64,000 nucleotides of DNA from Octopus bimaculoides (lineage: Eukaryota), in contig NC_068984.1 of the NCBI RefSeq assembly GCF_001194135.2, positions 108,271,830-108,335,829 on the forward strand, written 5' to 3'. The notes beneath the pieces were generated by a model. That model was not told the DNA's origin, made no database searches, and saw only the letters and a program-made list of their open reading frames with translations. A program made the position numbers and the translations under genes. Below, one piece after another: positions 1 to 13,800 of the stretch (positions within the stretch are counted from its first letter, which is position 1; every line of letters starts with the position of its first letter).

Positions 1-12
1 TACACAGTGTTA

Positions 13-240
13 TTTCTTTACTACCCACAAGGGGCTACACACAGAGGGGACAAACAAGGACAGACAAACGGATTAAGTCAATTATATCGACCCCAGTGCG
101 TAACTGGTACTTAATTTATCAACCCCGAAGGGATGAAAGGCAAAGTCGACCTCGGCGGAATTTGAACTCAGAACATAGCGGCAAACGAAATACTGCTAAG
201 CATTTCGCCCGGCGTGCTAACGTTTCTGCCAGCTCGCCGC
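13..240 (-). mobile_element. tRNA-derived SINE family B (tail type 1)
   Basis: Minus-strand head gcggcgagctggcagaaacgttagc..gagttcaaattcc; core gtcgactttgcctttcatcc; the same tail occurs at 53779-54002. Confidence 0.85.
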
Positions 241-3200
241 TTTCTCTTGAAGTTTCTAATTTCTTATTCCTTGTTAGTTTTAAAGAGTTTTTGCACATTT
301 TTACTCTGCATCTTGTAGGAGTATGAAGGCCATAATGGGTATTAAAACATCTAGCAAGCACAACTTCCATTCCTGATTGAGCCATCTTGAACAAGCAAAG
401 AGTCACATATAATCAATAACCAGGATTGATTAGTTCAATGAAAATAAGGTCTTTGGTGGTGACCCAACAATCTATTATTATAAACTGCATATCAACTGCT
501 TATTGTTTTATGAAAAAGATTTTACACATGGATGCCCTGCTTACTGCTTAAAACAGCACATCAAGTGTTACGTATGTTAACAACCAGATAGGTTGCAAGA
601 AGTAGAGCAATAGATATTCTAAGTATTTATCTTTTATCCATTACTTGCTTCAGTCATTTGACTGTGGCCATGCTGGGACACCACTATGAAGGGTTTTCAT
701 TGAACAAATTGACCCCAGGACTTATTCTTCTAAAGCCTAGTATTTATTCTATCGGTCTCTTATTGCCAAACTTCTAAGTTCTGGGAACATAAACACACCA
801 ACACTGGTTGTCAGGCAGTGGTGGAGAACATACACACATACAACGGGCTTCTTTCAATTTCTGTCTACCAAATCCATTCACAAGGTTTTGGCCAGCCCGA
901 GAGTATAGGAGACGCTTGCCCAAGGTGCCACGCAATGGGAGTGAACTCAGAAACATGTGGTTGGGAAGCAAATTTCTAACTGCACAGCCATACCTGCGAC
1001 TATAATATTACATACAACCTCACAACAGTAATTTCATTTGGAAACTAAATAAGTTAGAATAAAACTGTAAACTAATTAGAAGTTAACTTAGTAAAACAAA
1101 TACTAAATATTGTTTGAGTCAATTACATTGAATTTAACATTGTCAATGCCCATGTCTCTATAGAAGCCATTCAACCAGTGTCACAAGTTTCTCACATTTA
1201 AATAATGTATGATGAAATAGAATCCAGAAAATAGAACAGAAAAATATAATGAATGATACCATGTGGAAATATTAGCTTACAAAATAAATAAGAATAGTTT
1301 ACCTCAGTGATGGTGAATGGCAGAGAAAGGGATAATACACAAAAGGCAATGTAACTTCACAAAAAAAACAGCTCAAAATTCAAGCATTTCCAAACTGTTT
1401 GAGAACATCCAACACACTCTATAATTAATGCGATAAATGACCTACATTTTTAAGGAAAGGTTGTTGTTTTCTTCTAGTAAGACTGACAAAAACATTCTGA
1501 TTGCTAGGCTAATTATAATGAGAATGTTTCATCAAGGAATTACAAGCTTTGTGAGAAAAGCAAAGTGAAATTTCAGAATAAAAAAAGAATAGCCCGACTT
1601 TGAAACACTTCAAAGGACACTTAAAAATAGTTAAATTGGGAATATGAATTATATTCACGCACAAACATCTCAGCTCCAACAACAAAAATACATTTGGCAA
1701 GAGTTCAACAATGAAAATCAGGTTTTCTCTCAATCTTTGTAAAATTTGTAAAAGGAAGGTAAAAGTACACTGAAAATGCAGTGGCTGTCATAGATAGAAT
1801 TAATCCAAAGATTATGTTTTCCTTTACTTGTTTCAGTCATTGGACTGCAGCCATGCTTGGGGCACCATCTTGAAGGGTTTAGTCAAAGTTCTGATTTTTT
1901 TTAAATTTGGTATTTATCCACTAAATCTCTTTTGCCTAGGGATGTAAACAAACTAACACCAGTTGTCATACAACAGTGAGGGGGAACCTCATAAACACAG
2001 TCATTAATACAAATAGATCTGCAAATACCCATATATACACAGGACAGTCTTCCACACAGTTTCCATCCATTGAATCCACTTAAAAGACATTGGTTGGTTT
2101 GAAGTTTTAGCAGAAGACACTTACCCAAACTACCACAATGAGATTGAACCCAAAACCACATGTTACATAGCAACCTTCTTAACCACACAGCTATTATATT
2201 CTTTTTCAAAAGGTCTCTTATTATTATTTTTCTTTTTTTTTAGTTTAAGAGTTTTAACTACTAGAAAATGCTAATTAAAAAAAAAAACACTTTGTAGATT
2301 TGATGTCATTTTTTTTCTTTTTCCAGTGTTCTTAATTATGTATCTATTTAGGTAATCAAGCATTAAATAAAGCAAAGAAAGTAAAAGGAAAAAAATAGAG
2401 GGTGAAGAGTGAAAAGAATAATCTAGATTAAATTGCAACTTTACTCAACTTTTCAGCTACCTATCTACCTCACTAGCCAGCCAGCAGGTCACAGGAAAAA
2501 CAGAATCAACTTTAAACAGTCAACAAGATTATTACTCTTCAAAACAGACAAGATACTACAAGGAATATTTAACAGGAAACTATGCCAGCTAGGAAATATA
2601 CTAATGTAATAAAAACAGAATATAATAACAGATGCTGATAAGAATATATTTTAAAAATAGATAAAAAATACACTACATTAATATTTTAACATGCTTCGTT
2701 TGGAACCTCGCATCAGTCAAACCAAAGGAGTTATCTCATTTACATTCAGTACAAGTACTATAACTAACTTGGTTAATTAGCTTTGATAATTATAAGAATC
2801 AGATTTATTTTGGTAAACTAGATTCTTTTACTTGTTCCAGTCATCTGACTGCGGCCATACTAGAGCATTGCCTTGAAGTGTTTTCGACGAACAATTCGAC
2901 TCCATAACTTATTTTTAAGCCTGGTACTTACTCTATCGATCTCTTTACCAAACTGCTAAGTTATGGAGACACAAACACACCAAGACCGGTTGTGAGGGGA
3001 CAAACACAGAAACAAAGACACACATACGTAAATATATACACATATATATATGACAGGTTTCTTTCAGCTGCCGTCAATCAAATCCACTCACAAGGCTTTT
3101 GTCAGCCTGAGGCTATAGAAAAAGACACTTGCCCAAGGTGTCACGCAGTGGGACTGAACCCAGAACCATGTGGTTGAGAAGCAAACTTCTTGCTACACAG

Positions 3201-3589
3201 CCAGGCCTGCACCTGTGTGTGTTTTATTTCTAAATCAGTTTATACAAGTTACATTTACAACAGTATGTCTAGGACACCTTTAAAGGTAGAGTCACCCAAT
3301 TTCTAAATTTGATATTAATGAAATTGTCTTACCATTACTATTTTTAGCAAAGCAACCACACAGAAAATAGACCATTGACAGGTGTGTGTGCACACTTAGT
3401 TTTATTTTCTTTCTCTACTATCCTGCACCAAAGCCCTATCAGTAACGACATAAGTTTTATGCAAGCCAGGTTCATGACTAACTTAGTTTCCCCCCAGATG
3501 TAGTCATTTCATTTCATGTTGTTTAGACCAAGGTCAACTCTGAGTGAGCAGGCTTATGATCAAAGACCCTCTAACCATAACAAATCAGT

Positions 3590-3624
<35 letters not shown>

Positions 3625-3707
3625 TCTTTATATATATAATATAATATAATATAATATCTATCTATCTATATATATATATATATCTGATATATGTCTTTTT
3701 ATATATA

Positions 3708-3885
3708 GGCGCAGGAGTGGCTATGTGATAAGTAGCTTGCTTACTGACCACATGGTTCCGGGTTCATTCCCACTGATGGCACGTTGGGCAAGTGTCTTCT
3801 ACTATAGCCTCGGGCCGACCAAAACCTTGTGAGTGGATTTGGTAGACGGAAACTGAAAGAAGCCCGTCGTATATATGTGTATATA

Positions 3886-3921
<36 letters not shown>

Positions 3922-4105
3922 TCCTCCCAACATCGCTTGACAACCGATGCTGGTGTGTTTACGTCCCTGTAACATAGCGGTTCGGCAAAAGAGACCGATA
4001 GAATAAGTACTAGGCTTGCAAAGAATATGTCCTGGGGTCGATTTGCTCAACTAAAGACGGTGCTCCAGCATGGCTGCAGTCAAATGACTGAAACAAGTAA
4101 AAGAG
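3708..4105 (+). mobile_element. Full-length tRNA-derived SINE (family A, CORE-like, with an internal TA/TG microsatellite)
   Basis: Head ggcgcaggagtggct..ggttccgggttca; CORE-like ccttgggcaagtg; tail gactgaaacaagtaaaagag. Many further copies, e.g. 638-1000(-), 1825-2190(-), 2826-3215(-), 8670-9050(-), 46786-46940(-), 56520-56740(+). Confidence 0.9.
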
Positions 4106-5007
4106 TATATATAATATATGTCTTTTTATATATATAATATCGATTTCAAATTTTGGCACAAAGCCAGCAGTTTCAGAGAAGGGGCTAAGTCAGTTATATC
4201 AACCCCAGTGTTCAACTGGTATTTATTTTATTGACCCTGAAAGGATGAAAAGCAAAGTCAACTTTGGCAGCATTTAAAATCACAACATAAAGATGGACAA
4301 AATTCCACTAAGCATTTAGCCTGGAGTACTAATGACTCTGCCAGCTTACTGCTTTATATATACAACTAATATTAATCAATGTGTTCAGCCATTTTTTCAA
4401 GATGCAGTATAATTAGATGGTTACAAAGGTCACTTCTCATTTGTAAGGGCCAAGATTTGATCTCAATGCATGGCATCTAAGACAAATGTCTTTTAGTCTT
4501 ATCCTCAAGTCAACTAATACCTTGTAAATGAAACAGGGCAGATGGAAACTGTGTGGAAGCCGGTTTGATGGATTTACCTCTAATTTAAAAAGGTTCAAAC
4601 TTGACACACATTGTATCAAGCTGATTTTGCTATTAAAGGGACACAATTTTGAGGAATACTCAGTCACTTATTCAACTTGAATAACTAAAAACTTCCCACC
4701 CAACCCATGTGAGCACAGATACAAGATAAATGAATATATATATATAACTAAAACCCTTATCACATGTACTGGATAAGCTGTGGTGACCAGAGATTGCTAT
4801 ACAGGATGTACTGAAAACACCGGGGAGGAGAAGGCCCTATGGTGTGAAGAATGGTACTTCCACAGACACATAGGAGAAGGTCCTGCAGTGTGATGAATGG
4901 CACTGATCACTCAAACAAGTAATTCTGACCATTGTGGAGAAATATCAAAGGGAATACGAAAGAGCACATGAGAGGCGTCACTTTTCCGTTGCATCAAGTA
5001 AATTCAC

Positions 5008-5091
5008 TTGCAACAGAAGTCATCGCTGCTGCAGATTAAGAGCAGGCCTTGTAATCCGAATGCAAGCCTGAACAGAAGAGTCAACGTTGAC
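5008..5091 (-). other. Possible exon of a divergent minus-strand transcript
   Basis: Good acceptor (gtttgctgtcctttgtag|g at 5092/5091), GC-richer unique sequence and a weak donor (GTGAAT); no recognisable protein. Confidence 0.25.
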
Positions 5092-5677
5092 CTACAAAGG
5101 ACAGCAAACAACAAATAATTCAAGAAAAACACTGGTCTTATAAACCAAGAAAGAAAAACATACATCACAATATACAAATGTATATTGTACAATTGTACTC
5201 TATTGTACTATCCAATAAAAATTGTACTCAAATGTATATTGCACTCTATTGTACTATCCAATAAAAATGGTATTTGGAAGATTCCTAACAATCTCTTACA
5301 CTTGAACTGTTTCAAAAACAACAATATTCTGCTTTCCTGTCTATTTCTTTATATCCTGTATTTTCCACTCAGCTCGAATGCACATCATCACACCCTTATC
5401 AATCATCATCTTATTGTTGTAATAAGACAAAGAGCATTTGTTAAAAAATAAAAAGACACTATAAGGATATTAAAAAGAAAAGAAAAAAAAATAATTAAAA
5501 ATGAGATCTAAATAGTCTAAACTTATATCAAGGAAACCTTTTCCCTTTGTTAGAACAGGACAGAAGACATCATTTTCTTGTTAAGATCTAAGATGTAAAA
5601 CATGTCCTTCACATTAGGCAGTGCATACTGTGGCAATGAAGACAGTGTAAGGTAGCAGCTATGTAAGGTAACACAGT

Positions 5678-6067
5678 GGTTGGTTGGTTGGCACTCCTTC
5701 GCTTACGACGTCGAGGGTTCCAGTTGATCCGATCAATGGAACAGCTTGCTCGTGAAATTAACGTGCAAGTGGCTGAGCACTCCACAGACACGTGTACCCT
5801 TAACGTAGTTCTTAGGGATATTCAGCATGACACAGTATGACAAGGCTGACCCTTTGAATTACAGGCACACCAGAAACAGGAAGAAAGAGTGAGAGAAAGT
5901 TGTGGTGAAAGAGTACAGCAGGGTTCACCACCATCCCCTGCTGGAGCCTCGTGGAGCTTTAGGTGTTTTCGCTCAATAAACACTCACAACGCCTGGTCTG
6001 GGAATCGAAACCGCAATCCTATGACTGCAAGTCCGCTGCCCTAACCACTGGGCCATTGCGCCTCCAC
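5678..6067 (-). mobile_element. Full-length tRNA-derived SINE (family C) with a 13-bp TSD
   Basis: tRNA-like head gtggaggcgcaatggcccagtggttaggg; (CCAA)n tail; TSD AAGGTAACACAGT at 5665-5677 and 6068-6080. Confidence 0.92.
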
Positions 6068-6370
6068 AAGGTAACACAGTATACGCAGTAGAAATGAAAG
6101 TTAGACAGTGTACACAGCAGCAATGAAAGGTAAGAATGTACAAAACAGCAGCAAAAGCTAAAACTGTATACAGAGGCAATAAAAACTAAGAAATTGTATA
6201 CTGAGCAAAGGACTAAACAAATAACAATATAAGGTAAGACAGTGTGTACAACAGCTATAAAGAGTGTACACAGCAGTTATATGTAGTAACACATTGTAGA
6301 CAGCAACTGTAAAGAGTAAGATAGTGTATACAAAAGCAATAACAAGAGAGTATATAGAGGCAAAAAGAAG
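6068..6370 (+). repeat. Degenerate minisatellite (about 25-30-bp units around AGTGTA(C/T)ACAGCAG)
   Basis: Recurring agtgtacacagcag / actgtatacagagg / attgtagacagcaa units; similar units at 5620-5677. Confidence 0.6.
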
Positions 6371-7202
6371 TAACGAAATATCTTCAGCAGTAGCAGGTCA
6401 GTATAGAAGCAATCTTGCTAACAACTAAATGTTAATTAAATTGATACATTCATTATGCAATCCAAGATAACAATAAAGAAAAATAAGACAGGGCAGTGGA
6501 GTCAGAATTAGGAAATAATTAGTTGGTTACTAAAGTCAGAGTGAGAATTAATGCCTTGTTTGTCAACTTTCACTAAATGCAAAATTTTCTAATTTTAGAT
6601 ACTAATTTGACTAATTTCACAAATAATTTCAAAATAATCAAATCATATCAAAGGACTTCCATGAAAAACTAACTGGTGGAAGTAATTCTGTTTCTAAGAT
6701 TATCATCATCATTATCAATTAATGTTCATTTTTCCATGCTTGCATGGATCTAATGAAATTTTTATGGCCTGTTTGCCCTTCCTGTCACCAACTAAGGTAA
6801 TATGTACTCTTGGCCAGACATTGTTTCACAGAAAACTAAACTAAAAACAAACACTGCTTGTATGAGTGTCACTTGTTTACAACTATCATATGATATCTAG
6901 ACATGGGTACTCACACACACACACACACACACACATGCACAGAGAGTTTTTCATTTTCCATCTTCTAAAATGCATACACAAGGCCTTAGGTCAGCCCAGC
7001 AAACTTCTCAACCACATAGCCATGCTTCAGAAAATTTGGGATTTGGATTTCTGATTGAATGCCTATTCTATAGATAGAATGGAGTGTTTTTTAATATATA
7101 TTTTATGAAGATAAACTTGTCGTTTCTTTACAATCTTTATTTCATTTAAAGTAATCATTTAGGCTACTTTCATTTCAGTTTTATATCCCAACAGTATTTT
7201 AA

Positions 7203-7423
7203 CTCTTTAGCATTTAAACCGGCCATATCCGGCCAAAAGTATCCTGCCTATTTTATGTTGGAACTGGCCAGATCTGGTCTCTCACACCAACCCTACAATA
7301 TCGTTTTTAAAATTAGCAGCTACCTCATCAAAATCTCATAGCTACAAGATACTGCATGATTAATTCAAAACAAAGTGGATAAAAAAGCATCAATTTTGGC
7401 AGAATAATGTGAATACTAAAGGG
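7203..7423. mobile_element. TTAA-flanked (piggyBac-type) MITE, family 1
   Basis: TTAA|CTCTTTAG...CTAAAGGG|TTAA; copies at 55525-55688 and 61276-61481. Confidence 0.8.
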
Positions 7424-7502
7424 TTAATCTCAAAAAGGAAGTGCTATATCTCCAACTAAGATTATTTCTTTTAAAATGGTCATTAGCTATGTTGCTTTAT
7501 GT

Positions 7503-8499
7503 CAGTGATTTTCAACCAGGGTCGATATGATCCCTGAGTATCCAAGTAAGACTTTTGGAGGTCCACACAAGCAAAATAGTAAATTGGAGATACTTTGGAT
7601 GTATTTATTGCATCCATCATCATCATCAACATTCACTGTCAATGCTGGCATGGGTTGGACAGTTTGATAGGAGCTGACAAAGCAGAAGACTGCACCAGGT
7701 TTCAGTGTCTGTACTGGCATGGTTTTTTATGGCTGGATGCCCTTCCTAACACCAACCACTTTACTGAGTGGACTTTACATAGCAACCAGCATAGGTGTCA
7801 TCAGTTTTGGCATGGTTTTTACAGTTGGATGCCCTTCCAAATGCCAACCACTTTACAGTGTGGACTGGTTGCTTTTTATGTGGCACCAGCACTGGCAGGG
7901 TCACCAAGTAACTTGCAAGACAAAGATTCTTTGAGAGAGGATAGGGCATCAGAGAAGGTGATCTTATGCCAGATGATGAAAGATTAGAATGTGACAGAGA
8001 GACAGAAACAGGTGCCTTACTGTAGAGGAGATACATGGTTACCCAGTCAGTGAGAGAGAGTGATTAAGATTGAATTCAGAAACAGGTGCGTTGCTGTAGG
8101 GGAGATATATAGTTAACCCGTCAGCAGGAGAGAGGGAGCAAGAGTGTAAGAGAGGGCAGGAGAGAGATGGTGGCAAAGTGCCAGGGCAGACTCACAAGGA
8201 ACATGATCAGAATATAAATGGAATGGTAGAGTTGAGCAAGGGAGAAATAGATGGTGGCAAAGTGCCAGAGAATACTCTCAAAGTATGGGGTCAGAATATA
8301 AATGGTAGGGTACTGTCAAAGGTTGTTTTATATAGTTTAACCTAAACAAGTTAATGAGTGAAAATCAAAATAAGATTTTTGAAAGGGGTATCTATAAAAC
8401 AATTTTTTAAACATCAAATTACTATGGGTGGGAGGGTCCACCAGAATAGAATAGTAACCAAAGGGGTCCATAGGCAAAAAAAATGGTTGAGAGCTGCTG
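7503..8499. mobile_element. hAT-like MITE split by an RTE fragment
   Basis: Degenerate TIRs cagtgattttcaacc / ggttgagagctgctg; flanks CTTTATGT and CTTTGGGT (6/8 match). Confidence 0.6.
7597..8330 (-). mobile_element. Older RTE-type 3' fragment nested in a hAT-like MITE
   Basis: (CAT)n tail plus the ggatgcccttcctaa motif twice. Confidence 0.6.
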
Positions 8500-9833
8500 C
8501 TTTGGGTGGTCAACCTTTTAGTTTTAACTTTTATACACTCCTTATTTTCATTTATAATATTGTTATAGCTTATTTTTAATATCCCTTTTGAAACAAAAAA
8601 ACAAAAGCCTCTTTATTTTCATTTTTGAAAATTATGTGATATGCTCAATTGCTAGTAACTGCTTTAATCTTTTGCTCACTTCAGTCAAAAGGCTGTAAAC
8701 TATGCTGGATCACCACTTTGAACAGTTTTACTTGAACAAATCAACTCAAGCACTTATTTTTAAGCTTAGTACTTATTCTATCAGGTCTTTAGCAAAACTG
8801 CTAAGTTACAGAGACATAAACAAACACCAGTTGTCAAATGGTGGTAGGGGACAAACATACACACATATATACATAGTTATGCATATATATACATACACAC
8901 ACACACATATACGCATATACAACAAACTTCTTTCAGCTTCAATCTACTAAATCTACTCACAAGGCTTTGATCAGCCCAGACTCTGATAGAAGACACCTTC
9001 CCAAGGTAGGACTGAACCAGAAATCATGTGGTTGGGAACCAAACTATTTGAATGATATCTTTAAAGAGAAAATAAAAGCCACAATAACAATGCTATCTAT
9101 AATAAACTTCAAATCCAAACTGGAACAGGTGTTAAAAAGTAGCCTGATGACTCATAGTGACCATGTATTTTGTGTGGTTACAATTAACATCCAAAACACA
9201 TAAGTTTAATTACAAACAGAGGAATTGCAATCAGTGGTACTACAGAGAAGTTTTGTGAACCAACTCCGAACAGCTAAAAATAACTGCCATTAATAATAGT
9301 AGTAAACAGTTTGAAATGAAACAAAGTAAATATAAAAACTTGCCAATACGAAATTCTGACCCACCATCATTTTGCACTAATATAGTCTTTCTTCTATAAT
9401 ACAGTTACATGTGACAAAATTAAACTATTAAAAATTAATTAAAAATGAACAGCTTATTACATTTCTATATTTCTGAAATCAGTTGCATTAATCAGGTTTA
9501 ACTTTAGATCAGCCTTTATCAAAAACACCTATGATGAAAGGCATTTCTTTAATCACAGGTCCAAAAGATGACTATTCTAACTCACATACACAGTGTATTT
9601 TGGACTTCAATATTCAATATAGATTTCCTTTTTTTAAGACAGTAAGGATGCTTAGCAGCTATTTCTAGCAGGTCAAACAACCAAGTAGGGAAACTATTAA
9701 ACTCATCTGCTATGCTTAAAAAAAAAGATCAAAATATTTTATCAACCTTCATTAAGTTTTAATATAAATAAATATTTAAACACCTTATACTGAGCTTAAC
9801 AATTATACTTAGTACTAGAGGAATCTAGGTGAG

Positions 9834-9837
<4 letters not shown>

Positions 9838-9917
<80 letters not shown>
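9838..9917. repeat. (GA)n microsatellite
   Basis: Direct reading. Confidence 0.98.
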
Positions 9918-10711
9918 CCAACAATTAAAATTAAACATTTGTTTCTATCCCAGATCAATTTCAACTCACCATTCTGATAGTGGAGATTATGCCATATAAA
10001 CTTGTTTTGTTTTTTTCTTCAACACTGGGCTGGATTTTTAAATAAATAATATTCACAACAACTATGTGACTTATAACAAATTCCAATAGTTCGTTTGCGG
10101 CATGTTTTTAAACTATAAATACATTCATTAATCACAATAATTTATCTACGAAAGCCCTGACACAGGCTTACGGGTCACGTTACACTAACAATATTGAATG
10201 TACTGAATCTAGAGTAAAACAGTCAAGTAGATAAGGTATGCTGGATTATCAGTGCACAAGAGTTCTAAAATCAAATTCTTTCACAAGTGCTCCATAGCAT
10301 ATAGGAACAAGGACAATTAATTTCAGCTGATATCTATTGATTTCAAAGACATTAGACATATATTTTTAAAATTTCCACAAGAAGCTTTGCTTCCCAAACA
10401 CATGGTTCAGGTTCAGGCCCAATGCATGGCACCTTGGGGAAATGTCTTCTACTGTAGCCTCAGGCCAACCAAAGCCATGCAAGTAGATTAGGTAGGGAGA
10501 AACTGAAGGAAGCCTATCGTATGTGTGTNNNNNNNNNNNNNNNNNNNNNNNNNNNNNNNNNNNNNNNNNNNNNNNNNNNNNNNNNNNNNNNNNNNNNNNN
10601 NNNNNNNNNNNNNNNNNNNNNNNNNNNNNNNNNNNNNNNNNNNNNNNNNNNNNNNNNNNNNNNNNNNNNNNNNNNNNNNNNNNNNNNNNNNNNNNNNNNN
10701 NNNNNNNNNNN

Positions 10712-11392
10712 TCTCATTTTAACAGATTTACCAAAATTACATAAAAATATCTTGAAATACTAAAGAGCAAATTTATTCAATAAAATTGTCATTGGCTTCA
10801 ACCACAGCCTCCAGGTGACTTTGGAATCTCCTGCAACTCTTCTGGGCAGTTTCCTTGTTTAAGTTACAAAGAGTGTTGTCAGACTCTCGCTCAACTGTGT
10901 CCAACATAACAATCAATGGGGTCGTTGCAGTCCGGGGAGTTAGGTGGTCAGATGTTAGGGGTGATGTGGTCACAGAAACTGACAGCCATGACTGGGTTCT
11001 CCTGCTTGTGTGGCATGGTGCAGAATCCTGTAGCCAGACACAGGGTCTTCCAGTAGCCACCCTCTTGACCCAAGGCAGCACTACCTCCTCCAGACACTTG
11101 ATGTAGGCCTCCATGTTGAGTCAGAGGCTGTGTGGAAAGATGAATGGAGACAAAAAGTCACCATCACTAGTGATTGCTCCAAATACCATGATGTTCACTG
11201 GATGTTTGATTTTTATCACTCTCAGTACATGTCCTCAGATTGCGCTGTCCTCCAATTCACACCCAAACACTCTGAAATGTTCACATTGGAGCTACTGGCT
11301 CGAATGCCAAGTACTACAGCATATCATTTCCAAATTTCAGATAGAGCGTCAAGGTGCTGTTTTACTCACACACAGTGTCCAACTAACCCTAC
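10712..11392 (-). mobile_element. Degenerate Tc1/mariner transposase remnant (resembles the DD37D/maT type)
   Basis: Minus-strand translation KHPVNIMVFGAITSDG...EAYIKCLEEVVLPW...WLQDSAPCHTS...RRFQSHLEAVVEAN with stops and frameshifts; one end runs into a gap. Confidence 0.8.
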
Positions 11393-11450
11393 TATATACT
11401 ATTAGCAAAATTTTTTATATACAAAAGCAAAGTGGCAAAAAACACTCAAC

Positions 11451-12248
11451 TAGAATCAATTTGCAGAACTATACACGAATTGTCTTCATAAAATAAGACT
11501 TGCGTACAGTTCTATCAATTACGATTGTGCTGGAGAGAACACAGATGTTGTTACGTTAGTAAAATGTTGAAACCGGTACACAATTAATTCTTTATTCTGT
11601 ATATTTCTCATTTTGTCTTGCCTGCTTATGTTCTGGTGCTTTGCGAAATTTTTTTCTGGAGAACATTATTTTTCTTTGGGTCGTTGATCACCTCTTTCTA
11701 GCATATCGGATGTCCACTTAGTGGTCATCCCTTCTTATACACATGTAATACAATTTTTCTGAATTTTCAGATTTTTTATATGCTAGGCCACTTGGTTTTA
11801 AATTGAATTAATATTCAATTTATCACCCTCTATATATAAATAATAATTTAAATAATCATGTTCTCTAGCCAGCAACATATACTGCAGTGAATTATTCTCT
11901 GCAGAATTGTTTCCGGAATTTTGGCGCGCCAGAGCTGAGACATTTTGAAAATAACCCCAATGTAATCAGTAGAACTGTGCGCAAGTCTCATTTTATGAAG
12001 ACAATTCGTGTATAGTTCTGCAAATTATATTGATTCTAGAACGATTGTGCTGAAGAGAACACAGATGTTGTTACGTAAGTAAAACGTTAATGTCAAAACC
12101 GGTACACAATTAATTCTTTATTCTGTATATTTCTCATTTTGTCTTGCCCACTTATGTTCTGGTGTTGTTCGAAATTTTTTTTCTGGAGAACATTATTTTT
12201 CTTTGTGGTTGGGTCGTTGATGACCTCTTTCTGGCATATCGGATGTCC
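11451..12248. repeat. Local duplication with an inverted 64-bp module
   Basis: 11521-11717 matches 12041-12248 directly; 11451-11514 matches 11970-12038 as reverse complement. Confidence 0.85.
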
Positions 12249-13254
12249 ATGCATATGTATATATGTCTATATNNNNNNNNNNNNNNNNNNNNNNNNNNNN
12301 NNNNNNNNNNNNNNNNNNNNNNNNNNNNNNNNNNNNNNNNNNNNNNNNNNNNNNNNNNNNNNNNNNNNNNNNNNNNNNNNNNNNNNNNNNNNNNNNNNNN
12401 NNNNNNNNNNNNNNNNNNNNNNNNNNNNNNNNNNNNNNNNNNNNNNNNNNNNNNNNNNNNNNNNNNNNNNNNNNNNNNNNNNNNNNNNNNNNNNNNNNNN
12501 NNNNNNNNNNNNNNNNNNNNNNNNNNNNNNNNNNNNNNNNNNNNNNNNNNNNNNNNNNNNNNNNNNNNNNNNNNNNNNNNNNNNNNNNNNNNNNNNNNNN
12601 NNNNNNNNNNNNNNNNNNNNNNNNNNNNNNNNNNNNNNNNNNNNNNNNNNNNNNNNNNNNNNNNNNNNNNNNNNNNNNNNNNNNNNNNNNNNNNNNNNNN
12701 NNNNNNNNNNNNNNNNNNNNNNNNNNNNNNNNNNNNNNNNNNNNNNNNNNNNNNNNNNNNNNNNNNNNNNNNNNNNNNNNNNNNNNNNNNNNNNNNNNNN
12801 NNNNNNNNNNNNNNNNNNNNNNNNNNNNNNNNNNNNNNNNNNNNNNNNNNNNNNNNNNNNNNNNNNNNNNNNNNNNNNNNNNNNNNNNNNNNNNNNNNNN
12901 NNNNNNNNNNNNNNNNNNNNNNNNNNNNNNNNNNNNNNNNNNNNNNNNNNNNNNNNNNNNNNNNNNNNNNNNNNNNNNNNNNNNNNNNNNNNNNNNNNNN
13001 NNNNNNNNNNNNNNNNNNNNNNNNNNNNNNNNNNNNNNNNNNNNNNNNNNNNNNNNNNNNNNNNNNNNNNNNNNNNNNNNNNNNNNNNNNNNNNNNNNNN
13101 NNNNNNNNNNNNNNNNNNNNNNNNNNNNNNNNNNNNNNNNNNNNNNNNNNNNNNNNNNNNNNNNNNNNNNNNNNNNNNNNNNNNNNNNNNNNNNNNNNNN
13201 NNNNNNNNNNNNNNNNNNNNNNNNNNNNNNNNNNNNNNNNNNNNNNNNNNNNNN

Positions 13255-13412
13255 ATACATATATATATATATATATATCCTATATAAAATATATATACAT
13301 ATAAGTTATATATACATATATATATATTACATATATATAGAAAATATATATACATATATATATGTAAGTATATATATAACTTATATATATACGTATATAT
13401 ATAAGTTATATA

Positions 13413-13446
<34 letters not shown>

Positions 13447-13800
13447 TTATATAAGAAAACATATATATATATATATAAGTCATATATACATGGCTGGCCA
13501 GTAATATATTTTTCTGCAATGTATGGATAATTTATCCTGATCACACTATTTTTTAGCATTATCATTTGTTTGAGAATAAAAAAAATTATTTCTGTATCTG
13601 TTTATACATACATATATCTTATATGTACATACACATGTTATATATACATACGTATTATATATACATATATACATGTTATATATGCATACGTTATAAATAC
13701 ATACATACATGTTATATATATATACATACATACATATATATACATACATACATATATAAGTAATACATACATATATAAACATATATATGTATATATGTGC
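13255..13800. repeat. Degenerate (TA)n/(TACA)n low-complexity tract next to a gap
   Basis: Direct reading. Confidence 0.95.

Noticed and set aside
1303-1441. Minus-strand segment with AG/GT borders
   Set aside because: All three frames have stops and there is no homology; chance splice signals cannot be excluded.
5183-5268. Short tandem duplication (actctattgtactatccaataaaaat x2)
   Set aside because: An ordinary two-copy slippage repeat with no spacers; not CRISPR-like.
5990-6067. tRNA-like sequences (also at 3708, 16048, 20241, 34590 and 51958)
   Set aside because: A and B boxes are present, but no complete cloverleaf was seen and each continues into a SINE body; these are SINE heads, not tRNA genes.
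12139-13565. Long ORFs of 300-430 aa (also at 26145-27239, 35479-36272, 37553-38223 and 54431-55003)
   Set aside because: They are open only because they run through N gaps; the flanks are microsatellite or transposon sequence.
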